Below the pieces are notes generated by a model that was not told where the DNA came from, did not search any database, and was given only the letters and a program-made list of their open reading frames with translations. The position numbers and the translations under genes are program-made. From contig DASVPO010000009.1 in the NCBI GenBank assembly GCA_036382855.1, positions 197,182 to 261,181 on the forward strand: a stretch of 64,000 nt of DNA, given 5' to 3'. The stretch comes from Pyrinomonadaceae bacterium. Lineage in GTDB: Bacteria > Acidobacteriota > Blastocatellia > Pyrinomonadales > Pyrinomonadaceae. Positions 7,006 through 15,406 of the stretch are shown one piece after another. Numbering within the stretch: the stretch's first letter is position 1; each line of letters begins with the position of its first letter.

Positions 7006-9633
7006 CTAATCGCGCAGGCGTTGTGCGAGACGGCGGATGACGCTGGCGGCGATGGCCGGGTCGTTGTTGAGCGCCTGCCGGAAAGCGTTGCCGTTCAGAC
7101 GCAACGCGCGCACGCCGCTTGCTCCCGCAATCACGGTGGCGGAGCGCGGCGCAGGGTCAAGCACCGCCATCTCTCCTATGAAGCCGCCAGCTTTTTCTAC
7201 TGAAAGATGCTCCTGCTGCCCTTCTTCCTCACGAAAAATGTCTGCCTCGCCGCTCAACAGGATAAAGACTTCATCACCGAATTCGCCCTCGACGCACAGA
7301 GCCTTGCCCGGCGCATACTCGTCTTCGCGGCTCGCACGCGCCAACTCCGCCAGGCTCTCCGGCCCAAGCGTTGTGAAGATTGGAGCAGAACGGAGAGCAA
7401 TCATCTTCTCGACCGTGATGAGACCGGGATGAGAGCCTACCTCTTGTCCTTCGCGGCCCGCGCGTTCTTTCAAATGCAGCGCCGTCTCGCGCACGACCTC
7501 GTGCTCGTCTGCGCTCAGGCGCGAGAGCGTCTGTTCGTCAACCGCTCCGCGCTCGCTTAATGAATAGAGCGCGAGAGCGCGTATGTACGGGTCAACGCTC
7601 TGTGTGCGTGCGCGCAAGGTATCGGAGAGCGTCGGCCATGATGCTTCGATGGAAGCGGTCTCGCGCTGTGCGGCCAGTAGGCGCTCTGCTATTGACGGTG
7701 GAACAGCCTGACGTAATTGCTCAAGAACGGATTCACGCTGCGATTGCTCAGGGCTGTTTAGAGCCTCACGCATCAGGCGACTCGTTTCGTCGTCGGGCGT
7801 AAAGCTCAGGCCACGCATCAGGCGGCCGATGGCGCGCGAACGGCGACGCTGTAGAAGAACGATGAGGAAATCGTGCGTCGGCTTGTGTTCCATCTCAAGC
7901 GCCTGAATGGCCTGCGCAGCGCGTTCGATAGTTCTGATCTCTTCCATCAGCCGCCCGGCCATTCCCTGATCGCCGCCCAGCAGGTTATCCAAGACGGCCG
8001 CGTGCTCTTCCTTTGTCACGCGATACTCCGCGCGCAGATTCAAGATAAGGCTGTCGTCAACAGCGCCCTCGCCCGCCAGCGCGCGTTCAAGATAACGACC
8101 GAGCGCGCGCTCGTAGGTTTCGAGTTGCAGACGCTTCTCTGCGGAAATCTGCTTCGACGGGTCGGAGATGAGTGCGCGTTCTTCTTCGGCCAGCGAGGCC
8201 ATCACCTTCTCGTGGTCTGCCTTCTTAATCTGCAACTGGTTGCGCAAGTTTTCCAGCAGGTGCACTTCCTGCCGCGTGACGAAACCGTTAGCTAAAGTTT
8301 CGCGCACAGCGTCTTTGTAAACTTCGAGCACCTTTTCAGAGCCGCGAGCGCTCTCGCGCGTGCGAATCGTATGAATCAGGAAAGCCTCGCGCAAATCTTT
8401 GGGCGGTTGTATGTCCGTCCACTCCCAGCGCTTGATGATGTTGCGCGCCAGAGTCTCTTCGGCAAACGTTTTCTGGTTACGACGCAGGCGGCGCACAAGA
8501 AAGTATGTGGCTGTCAGGACGACGACCGCGAAGAAAACGTGAGGCACGACCCACGGGAAATATTTGTAGAGCGAGGGCGCGCCCGCAAACGTGTAAAAGA
8601 TTGTGAAGGCGGCAAAGGCTGCGAGCGAAAACGTTACGTGGCGAACGCGGCCCGGATCCGTTTCGGGGTCGCGACGACGCAGGAATTTGCCGACCGCCTT
8701 TTCCAGCAGCGAGAACAGCAGATAACTCACAAGCCCGCAGAGCGCGAGCGTCAAAATGGAAGCGACGGCGCGCGGCACGACGTGCAGAAAGAAGAAGCCT
8801 GCGGTCGCCGCATCGTGTCCCGGCAGAAACGCATGATGGATCATCATCGGCTCGTTGACCCAAGCGCCGCCGAAGTAGTAGGCCCATGTGCCGGATTGCA
8901 GGTAGTAGTAGAAGTAGAAGCCGAAGACGAGGCCGGGGAAAGCGAAGTAGGCAAACTTTTTCGGCTGCGATTCAATCTCTTTCCAGTAGCCGTTCTCCTC
9001 GTTGATGTCTGGGCAGAACTTTTTGCAGGCAGTGCATTTGGTGCATTGAGAGTTGGGCGTTTCCCTGATGCCGTGCGGCTCCGTGTAAATCTTTTCGATG
9101 AAGGAGACGGGGCAGATGTGGTTGCACCAGGTCTTGCCCGTATAGAACGCGCCGAAGATGAGCGCCGCCAGGCTGAGCAGGACGAAGAAGGCCGTAATCG
9201 CATGGCCGTCGCCGTTGGTGGCAACCAGCCGCAGCCAGAGCGAGACGAAGAAGATGGAAAGCGAAATGTAGTAATAGTTGGCTTCCATCCACGCGGAAGC
9301 CTTCTTCGTGCCGGGACGGCGCAGCCTTACGGGAATTTGCGCGAAGAAGGCGAGCGGGCAGATGCGACGCCAGCGATGATAGCCAACCAGCACGATAAAG
9401 AGCGGCAAGCTTGCGACTGCCATCGTCCACACGACGCGGCCCGCAAGGCTCTGCATCATGTGCGCGAAGACTGGAATCGCGATGAAGACGGCGAGCGCCA
9501 CCCACTTGAGCGGCTCAACCCAACGCTCGACAGCAGGCTCGGCGGCAGCTTTAGCGGACGTATGGGCAGAGCGTGCCGTCTGCTTTGTCGGAGCAGTCGG
9601 AGTTGCGGGCAATTTGGGTGATGCTACGGCCAT
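7006..9633 (-). CDS. multidomain membrane protein: NapH/CcoG-like polyferredoxin membrane domain, HEAT-like helical region, C-terminal cyclic-nucleotide-binding domain
   Basis: N-terminal TM region with RICP and CNHICP motifs and a CTKCTACKKFCP (CxxCxxCxxxCP) ferredoxin motif. C-terminal FGDEVFILLSGEADIF...GEMAVLDPAPRSATVIA is a cNMP-binding fold. Confidence 0.7.
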   Translation of the reverse strand: MAVASPKLPATPTAPTKQTARSAHTSAKAAAEPAVERWVEPLKWVALAVFIAIPVFAHMMQSLAGRVVWTMAVASLPLFIVLVGYHRWRRICPLAFFAQIPVRLRRPGTKKASAWMEANYYYISLSIFFVSLWLRLVATNGDGHAITAFFVLLSLAALIFGAFYTGKTWCNHICPVSFIEKIYTEPHGIRETPNSQCTKCTACKKFCPDINEENGYWKEIESQPKKFAYFAFPGLVFGFYFYYYLQSGTWAYYFGGAWVNEPMMIHHAFLPGHDAATAGFFFLHVVPRAVASILTLALCGLVSYLLFSLLEKAVGKFLRRRDPETDPGRVRHVTFSLAAFAAFTIFYTFAGAPSLYKYFPWVVPHVFFAVVVLTATYFLVRRLRRNQKTFAEETLARNIIKRWEWTDIQPPKDLREAFLIHTIRTRESARGSEKVLEVYKDAVRETLANGFVTRQEVHLLENLRNQLQIKKADHEKVMASLAEEERALISDPSKQISAEKRLQLETYERALGRYLERALAGEGAVDDSLILNLRAEYRVTKEEHAAVLDNLLGGDQGMAGRLMEEIRTIERAAQAIQALEMEHKPTHDFLIVLLQRRRSRAIGRLMRGLSFTPDDETSRLMREALNSPEQSQRESVLEQLRQAVPPSIAERLLAAQRETASIEASWPTLSDTLRARTQSVDPYIRALALYSLSERGAVDEQTLSRLSADEHEVVRETALHLKERAGREGQEVGSHPGLITVEKMIALRSAPIFTTLGPESLAELARASREDEYAPGKALCVEGEFGDEVFILLSGEADIFREEEGQQEHLSVEKAGGFIGEMAVLDPAPRSATVIAGASGVRALRLNGNAFRQALNNDPAIAASVIRRLAQRLRD

Positions 9634-9774
9634 TTGTGTAATTGCAGTGAATTTGAGAAATGAATTTACGAGTCGCGTTGAGTATCAATTCTGGTTTCGT
9701 CTTCAGGATTAAAGTCTAACGGTTTCTGACCTGAATTTGAAGTCCATAAGATGCACGCGAGGGTTTTAGGGTTT

Positions 9775-11877
9775 TCACCTGTTGAGACTCCGCCAGTCGC
9801 CAGCCGGAATAAAGCTGGCCCAGTAATACGGATGGCCGAGTTCGGGGTCTTTGAGCATGCGGAGTTGCACCTGCCGTAGCGCCTCGCTGCGGCCAGCGCC
9901 AGTTTGCAGCGCTTCGTAGTATTGAGTCATCAACTCGCGCGTGGCATCATCCGACACCTGCCACAAACTCATCACCTGACTTTCCGCACCAGCCAACACG
10001 AGAGCACGCCGCAGGCCGTAGACGCCATCGCCCTTGCGCGCTTCCCCGACGCCCGTCTCGCAGGCGGAAAGGACGACGAGCTTCGTGCCCCACAAATCGA
10101 GCGCGGAGGCTTCGAGCGCCGTCAGGATGCCGTCTTCGTCGCCGCCACCGCGTCCAGCGTTGGCTCCGGCCAGGGCGAGTCCCGAACGGAGGAGAGGATT
10201 TTCGCCGCGCAGCGTCTCGGACGTTGATTCCGTGATGCTGCCGAGAACGACGCCGCGACGTGCGGTTCGCTGCTCGGCGGGCTTGTCAAGGAAAAAACCG
10301 TGCGTTGCGATGTGCAGGATGCTCGGCCCGCTGGCGGCCTTGAGCGACGCTTCGGTCGCCTGCGGGCCGGTCAGCATGCGCGCCTGCGGCAAAATCGCGC
10401 CGAGCGCCTGAGCTTCGGCTGCTGTGCCCGGAAGCTGTTTGAAGTTGACGGAAGTGAAGTCAATCGAGCGACGATTGGCAGCGGCCTGAGCCGTTTTGAC
10501 GACAGGCGCAGTTTGTTTGTCATCAGGTTTCCCGAAAAGCGGATTAGCAATCACGAGCGGCGCTTGCCTGTTTTCCGTCTGCGCCTGCAACCGCAGCAGG
10601 TCGCGCCCGCTCGTCAGGTATGTGAACGAGTAGCGCTCGACAAGATAACGGTTCTGCTCGTCAACGAGTGCGCCAAACGGAATGAGATTCAACTCGCCGT
10701 CGGGCGAGAGGAAGACGACGCGCGTTTCACCTAGCAGCCGACGAATGGGACGCATCAAGCGTTCGTCCAGAGAGCGTGCCGTGTCCTTAACTTTCGTATT
10801 TTCGGAATCGCGCAGGGCCGTCCGTAATTTTGCGACTTCCGTATCAATCAGGCGCGTCTCGCCCAGATCAACCCAGCGCGGCTCGCCCTCGCGGCTCAAA
10901 ACGTAGGCGGCATAGTGCGTAGCGCCGAAGCGTTTGCCGGGCTGCGCTTTTCCGTCATATGGCCTGTACGTCATTATCTCGACGAGCACAGCGTTTGCCG
11001 GAATTGACTGCTGAACACGTTCGAGCGTCGCCGGCTGCGAAGCGGCGCGAAACTCCGCACTGCGGGCGCTGGCCGCCGCTTCCAATCGCCGCACCTCCGC
11101 TTCCAGCCGCGCGATCTCCTGTTGATACTGCGCCGCGTCCTTCGTCTTGTCCGGCCCTCTCAAAGAGAGATTGGCGAGCGCCGAGCGTGCACGCGACAAT
11201 TGCTCCAACAGCGCGCGGTCTTCAGCATTGAGACGATGGCGCAGAGATGCGACCTGATCGCTCATCGCGTCGAGCGCGCGACCCTTCCGTTGCAGGATAA
11301 CGCTCAGCGCCAGACGCGCAGCCTGCACGTTGTTCGGAACGGCGTTGAGATGAAGCGAGATTGTCGCGTCGGTTTCGCCAGCGAGCGTTGCGAGATAAAG
11401 TCGCTTTTGTTCTTCGGAGCCGGTCGTTAGTATGTAGTCCAGATTGTGCTCGCGTATCTCCGCGCTGCGAGCCAGCGTGGTCGTGGCCTGCGCCGTGTCA
11501 CCTTTGCTCCAGAGCATCGTCGCCAGATTGGCGAGCAGACTTGCGATTGTCGGATGCCGCGCTCCGAGCGCACGCTCCTCTATTTCCAACGCGCGACGAT
11601 ACAACGGTTCGGCGCTCGCATAATCACCCCTGGCTTCCATGATGGCGGCGAGATTGTTGAGAGCCATCGCGACCGAAGGATGATTGGCTCCGAGTTGTTG
11701 CTCGCGAATCTGAAGCGCACGCTTAACGAAGGTTTCGGCGCGTGCTTCATCATTCATGTCGTGATAGAGCACGGCCAGATTGTCGAGCGCCGTTGCCACG
11801 TCCAAGTGTTCCGCTCCCTGCGCCTTCTCGTAGATACTGAGCGCACGCTGCAACAGCTTCTCCGCCTCCGCGGCCAA
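9775..11877 (-). CDS. TPR-repeat plus CHAT (caspase-like) domain protein
   Basis: N-terminal TPR units (ALDNLAVLYHDMNDEARAE..., AMALNNLAAIMEARGDYASAE...). C-terminal CHAT His/Cys dyad context HIATHGFF and VVLSACETGVGE. Confidence 0.8.
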   Translation of the reverse strand: MAAEAEKLLQRALSIYEKAQGAEHLDVATALDNLAVLYHDMNDEARAETFVKRALQIREQQLGANHPSVAMALNNLAAIMEARGDYASAEPLYRRALEIEERALGARHPTIASLLANLATMLWSKGDTAQATTTLARSAEIREHNLDYILTTGSEEQKRLYLATLAGETDATISLHLNAVPNNVQAARLALSVILQRKGRALDAMSDQVASLRHRLNAEDRALLEQLSRARSALANLSLRGPDKTKDAAQYQQEIARLEAEVRRLEAAASARSAEFRAASQPATLERVQQSIPANAVLVEIMTYRPYDGKAQPGKRFGATHYAAYVLSREGEPRWVDLGETRLIDTEVAKLRTALRDSENTKVKDTARSLDERLMRPIRRLLGETRVVFLSPDGELNLIPFGALVDEQNRYLVERYSFTYLTSGRDLLRLQAQTENRQAPLVIANPLFGKPDDKQTAPVVKTAQAAANRRSIDFTSVNFKQLPGTAAEAQALGAILPQARMLTGPQATEASLKAASGPSILHIATHGFFLDKPAEQRTARRGVVLGSITESTSETLRGENPLLRSGLALAGANAGRGGGDEDGILTALEASALDLWGTKLVVLSACETGVGEARKGDGVYGLRRALVLAGAESQVMSLWQVSDDATRELMTQYYEALQTGAGRSEALRQVQLRMLKDPELGHPYYWASFIPAGDWRSLNR

Positions 11878-12020
11878 CGCGCCGCATGCTTACTACTTTC
11901 GCAATCAAACTTCAAGAGCACTCGGATTCCAGTATAGACGAGACGTGTGACGCCGCGCTTTTTTTGCTGAGCCTGCAAGACGACAAACGCGCTCTAATGA
12001 GCAATAACCTGACCTCGCAA

Positions 12021-12085
12021 AGAAAACATAACGGAAGGATAAAGAGCACGGAGGACGTTGCCGATTCTTCCGTGCTCTCTTTATC
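12021..12085 (-). terminator. rho-independent terminator downstream of gene 12100..13908
   Basis: Imperfect 17-19 bp stem GGATAAAGAGCACGGAGGA / CTTCCGTGCTCTCTTTATC. On the minus strand it is followed by the T-rich run TTATGTTTTCTTT. Confidence 0.5.
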
Positions 12086-12099
12086 AATGGCGGTCTGCG

Positions 12100-13908
12100 T
12101 TAGCTTCGCCCGAATCTGGTATCGAACGGCCAATCGTTAGCGAGCGGCGAGTGGATGTTGACGTTGATGTTCAGGTAATCGCGGAAGACGCCTTTGAGGT
12201 TGCCGACCTGCTCGTCTTCCTCGCGGCGTATGTACTCCGTGCGCCCGTCGTGCCTAGTGGGAAGGATGACGAAGAAGACGCGCGGAATCTCGCGTGTGTT
12301 GCCGACGGGCACGCCAGAGTTTGGCTCGCGCACGGGCTTTAGATAATCGCCCTCGTCGAAGTTGCGAACATGACATTGGATGCAGGTCATGCCGCGCTCT
12401 TCAAAAAGACGACGGCGCGGGTCGCGCAGAGAAGTCTCTGCCACCATATACTTCGTCTTGAAATCTCGCGAGAACGAAGCCGAATCAATGTTGCTGGCCG
12501 TAACCGTGCCGTCGTGCTCATCTGGGATGGCGATGTTGCCGTGGTCATCTGCATCAACGAGTTTGTCCCAACCGGCGACGAATTGATTGCTCTGCTTATC
12601 GAAGCGCGGCGCGGGCACTGGCTTGTAAGCTTTGCCGTCCGGCGTCGGCTTGATGCTCGTCGCAAAGCCGTCAATGAATGGACTGACGAAGGCCAGAACC
12701 TTCCGTCCTTCGCGCTCTACGGGTGCGACTTTGAGCGCGCCGAGCGCCCAACCGTCGCCGCTCATGTAGTTGCCCTTCGCGTCATACTTATTGTCGCCGC
12801 CGAGACGCGCGTTGTGCGGAATGGCTGCGAGCGTGGCCTGCATGTTCGGGTCGGAAGGGTCTTTGTAGGTCAGCACCCTTGTCATGTAATCGGCGAGGGC
12901 CTGCCCGTAAGCCTTCTTGTCTTTGACGACGAAGGGCTTCAGATTCTCACCGTCGAAGAAGGCTTCGTGGAAGAGGCGCGCAAACGTCTGGTTGTTCTTC
13001 TGCCTTTGCTCTTCAGGACGCCCCGCATCTTTGCCGCGCACGATACGCATGCGCGGCATCAGGTAAACGGGTTCAGCCGCTGCGATGTTGAAGTAGACGA
13101 GACGCAGCTCAAAGGTCTTCTTATTGAGACGCGGGCGCACGCCGATGAGCCGCCAGTTTTCAGCCTTAAACTGCGGATTGAATTTCGGGCTGTCGGGGTC
13201 AATCTCTTCGTTGCGGTGAAGCGCGGCCAGATTCTTCAAAGCATCGCGGAAGAGCATTTCACCGTTTGTCGGCTGAATGTCCTTGCCCTGATTGGCGGGT
13301 TTTCCGGCTTCTATCTCAGCGATGCGCTGGAAGAGGGCCACGAGCGGCCAGCGTGCGTTAGCCGCCGCCAAACGCTCCGGGTCTGTGATGCTGACCAGCG
13401 TTTCGACTTCGATTGGCGCAGGCTCAAGAAAATTTGTCGAGACGGCGCGCGGCTCGACCTTGACGTTGAAGGTTTTGATTATCTCGCCGCGCCTCTCGTT
13501 CGTCTCGCGCGCAAACTCCGTAATGCGGACGACGAACTGGCCCTTGCGGTCGTCCGTTGGTTGCGGCGTCCAATCAACGGTCAGTGTTCGCTGGTTGAAC
13601 TTGGCGGAAGCAGGCTTTTGCACCAACTCAATACGCACATCGTCGCTCTCTTCGTCAATCGCGCCGAGGCCGAAGACGATGCGCTGGCCCAGTCCCACAC
13701 TCTTGAAGAGCACGGGAGCCAATTCCGGCGGATGATTCGCTTGCCCTGAGTCTGCGTCAGAATGGAGTTTATCGCTGACGCTGACAGCGCTCGCCGTCGG
13801 ATGTGAAACAAGGGCGGCGCTCGCCAGCGCGCAAAAGAGAAGAAGAGAGACAAGCTTGAGCTTATCCGCGTTGGAAAATCGCGAGGGGGAACGGCGTTTC
13901 GTCATCAT
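12100..13908 (-). CDS. secreted protein with C-terminal CxxCH (c-type haem-binding) motif
   Basis: Signal peptide MMTKRRSPSRFSNADKLKLVSLLLFCALASAALVSHPTASA. Single CIQCH motif near the C-terminus. The track ORF extends to 14328, but that would overlap the upstream regulator. The ATG at 13908 gives a signal-peptide start. Confidence 0.6.
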   Translation of the reverse strand: MMTKRRSPSRFSNADKLKLVSLLLFCALASAALVSHPTASAVSVSDKLHSDADSGQANHPPELAPVLFKSVGLGQRIVFGLGAIDEESDDVRIELVQKPASAKFNQRTLTVDWTPQPTDDRKGQFVVRITEFARETNERRGEIIKTFNVKVEPRAVSTNFLEPAPIEVETLVSITDPERLAAANARWPLVALFQRIAEIEAGKPANQGKDIQPTNGEMLFRDALKNLAALHRNEEIDPDSPKFNPQFKAENWRLIGVRPRLNKKTFELRLVYFNIAAAEPVYLMPRMRIVRGKDAGRPEEQRQKNNQTFARLFHEAFFDGENLKPFVVKDKKAYGQALADYMTRVLTYKDPSDPNMQATLAAIPHNARLGGDNKYDAKGNYMSGDGWALGALKVAPVEREGRKVLAFVSPFIDGFATSIKPTPDGKAYKPVPAPRFDKQSNQFVAGWDKLVDADDHGNIAIPDEHDGTVTASNIDSASFSRDFKTKYMVAETSLRDPRRRLFEERGMTCIQCHVRNFDEGDYLKPVREPNSGVPVGNTREIPRVFFVILPTRHDGRTEYIRREEDEQVGNLKGVFRDYLNINVNIHSPLANDWPFDTRFGRS

Positions 13909-13946
13909 GTTTAGCTTGAAATTCGTGAAAAGTTTACGGCCATATA

Positions 13947-13985
13947 TTGCATCAGGTTGACGCGCCCGGAAGCCTGATTTTGCAA
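13947..13985. promoter_or_regulatory. inverted repeat TTGCATCAGG-N16-CCTGATTTTGCAA between the regulator stop and the downstream gene start
   Basis: Seen directly in the sequence. Candidate enhancer-binding-protein site or weak terminator stem. Confidence 0.3.
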
Positions 13986-13990
13986 AGGCT

Positions 13991-15406
13991 TCAGTTCCGG
14001 CGTTCCAGATTGTAATCACGCAGGCGGCGATAGAGCGTAGAGGGTGAGATGCCCAGGAGTTCGGCGGTCTTGCCGCGATGCCAGTTGGTCTGTTCGAGCG
14101 CTGCGAGAATTTGCTGGCGTTCGACTTCACGGAGCGAAGCGGGCGCGGCTTGCGCGAGCGCTCCCGGTGTGGAATCAGCGACGCCCGCGCTGCCCTGTGC
14201 GGCGAAGGAGACGGGCGCTGGCTGCATTGTACGGCGTGCGACTTCGGGCGGCAGTTCAGCGAGCGTAATCTGACCTTCGTTTGCCAGCAGCACGGCGCGT
14301 TCCAGACAGTTGCGTAGCTGGCGAACATTGCCGGGCCAACTGTAGTCGCGTAGCGCCTGCAAGGCTTCGGGCGTGAGTTGCGGAGGATTCGGGCCGCCGA
14401 GTTGCTTGAGCAGATGTTGGGCCAGCGGCTCTATGTCTTCGGGGCGCTCGCGCAGCGGCAGCAATGAGATCTGGAAACCGTTGATGCGGTAGAGCAGGTC
14501 TGCGCGAAATTGTCCGCTCGTCACGACCTCATCCGGGTTGCGATTGGTGGCGGCGATGATACGCACGTTAACTTCAACTTTGCGCACGCCGCCGACGCGA
14601 TAAAACGTACGCGTCTCAATCGCACGCAGCAGCTTCGACTGCAACTGCGTCGGCAGTTCCGTTATCTCGTCGAGAAAGAGCGTGCCGCCGTCGGCCAGTT
14701 CAATCAATCCGAGCTTTCGCGCTTTCGCGCCGGAAAACGCGCCCGCCTCATAACCGAAAAGCTCTGATTCGAGCAGGGATTCCTGAAAGGCTGCGCAGTT
14801 GAGGTCAATGAAAGAAGCGTCTGCGCGATTCGAGAGGCGATGAACCGCATGTGCGATTAATTCCTTGCCTGTGCCGGATTCGCCCGTGATGAGAACGGAT
14901 GCATCGGAAGGCGCGACGCGCTCGACGAGGCGTATGGCCTCGCTCATAGCATCCGAGACGGAGATGATTTCGGGCATCTGCGACTGCCGTGCAAGTTGCT
15001 GCCTGAGCCGCAGGTTGTCAACGCGCAGCCGTCGCTTCTCAGCAGCCTGCCGGACGAGCGCGTCGAGTTCCGTGATGCGGTAAGGCTTCGAGAGGTAATC
15101 GTAAGCGCCGAGCTTCATGGCCTCTATGGCCGTCTCGACCGTGGCATGGCCGGTCAGCATAATCACCTCGGGCGGGTTGGGCCGCTCGTGAACGCGGCGA
15201 AGGAGTTCCATTCCGTCCATGCGCGGCATGTTGATGTCGCAGAGCAGCACATCAACGTTTCCTTCTTCGAGACGACGCAGCGCTTCCTCGCCGTCCGGGG
15301 CGACCTGCACTCTGTAGCCTAAGCGTTGCAGTTCCTTCTGGATTACCAGACGCAGGTTTGCTTCATCTTCAGCGACGAGCAGTCGCGCGCCGTTCGTTTC
15401 AGTCAA
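13991..15406 (-). CDS. sigma-54-dependent two-component response regulator (NtrC family)
   Basis: REC domain (LLVAEDEANLRLV...VLLCDINMPRMDGMEL), AAA+ sigma-54 activator domain (GESGTGKELIAHAVH, GAFSGA) and C-terminal HTH (TAELLGISPSTLYRRL). Confidence 0.9.
   Translation of the reverse strand: MTETNGARLLVAEDEANLRLVIQKELQRLGYRVQVAPDGEEALRRLEEGNVDVLLCDINMPRMDGMELLRRVHERPNPPEVIMLTGHATVETAIEAMKLGAYDYLSKPYRITELDALVRQAAEKRRLRVDNLRLRQQLARQSQMPEIISVSDAMSEAIRLVERVAPSDASVLITGESGTGKELIAHAVHRLSNRADASFIDLNCAAFQESLLESELFGYEAGAFSGAKARKLGLIELADGGTLFLDEITELPTQLQSKLLRAIETRTFYRVGGVRKVEVNVRIIAATNRNPDEVVTSGQFRADLLYRINGFQISLLPLRERPEDIEPLAQHLLKQLGGPNPPQLTPEALQALRDYSWPGNVRQLRNCLERAVLLANEGQITLAELPPEVARRTMQPAPVSFAAQGSAGVADSTPGALAQAAPASLREVERQQILAALEQTNWHRGKTAELLGISPSTLYRRLRDYNLERRN

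Noticed and set aside
8371-9621. 416-aa plus-strand ORF antisense to the cNMP-ferredoxin gene. Similar long antisense ORFs lie at 12370-13749, 24196-25260, 31530-32426, 47206-47961 and 60551-61234.
   Set aside because: They are Arg/Ala/Gly-rich with no motifs and lie fully inside well-supported genes on the opposite strand. This is a typical GC-rich antisense artefact.
9775-11877. Interpreting TPR-CHAT as part of a type III-E CRISPR (Craspase) system
   Set aside because: No cas genes, no repeat-spacer array and no Csx30/31-like genes are visible in the window. Only the domain-order similarity is noted.
12100-14328. Track ORF giving a 742-aa version of the secreted CxxCH protein
   Set aside because: The upstream 140 codons overlap the sigma-54 regulator gene on the same strand and are Arg/Pro/Ser-rich. 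An ATG at 13908 gives a canonical signal peptide.
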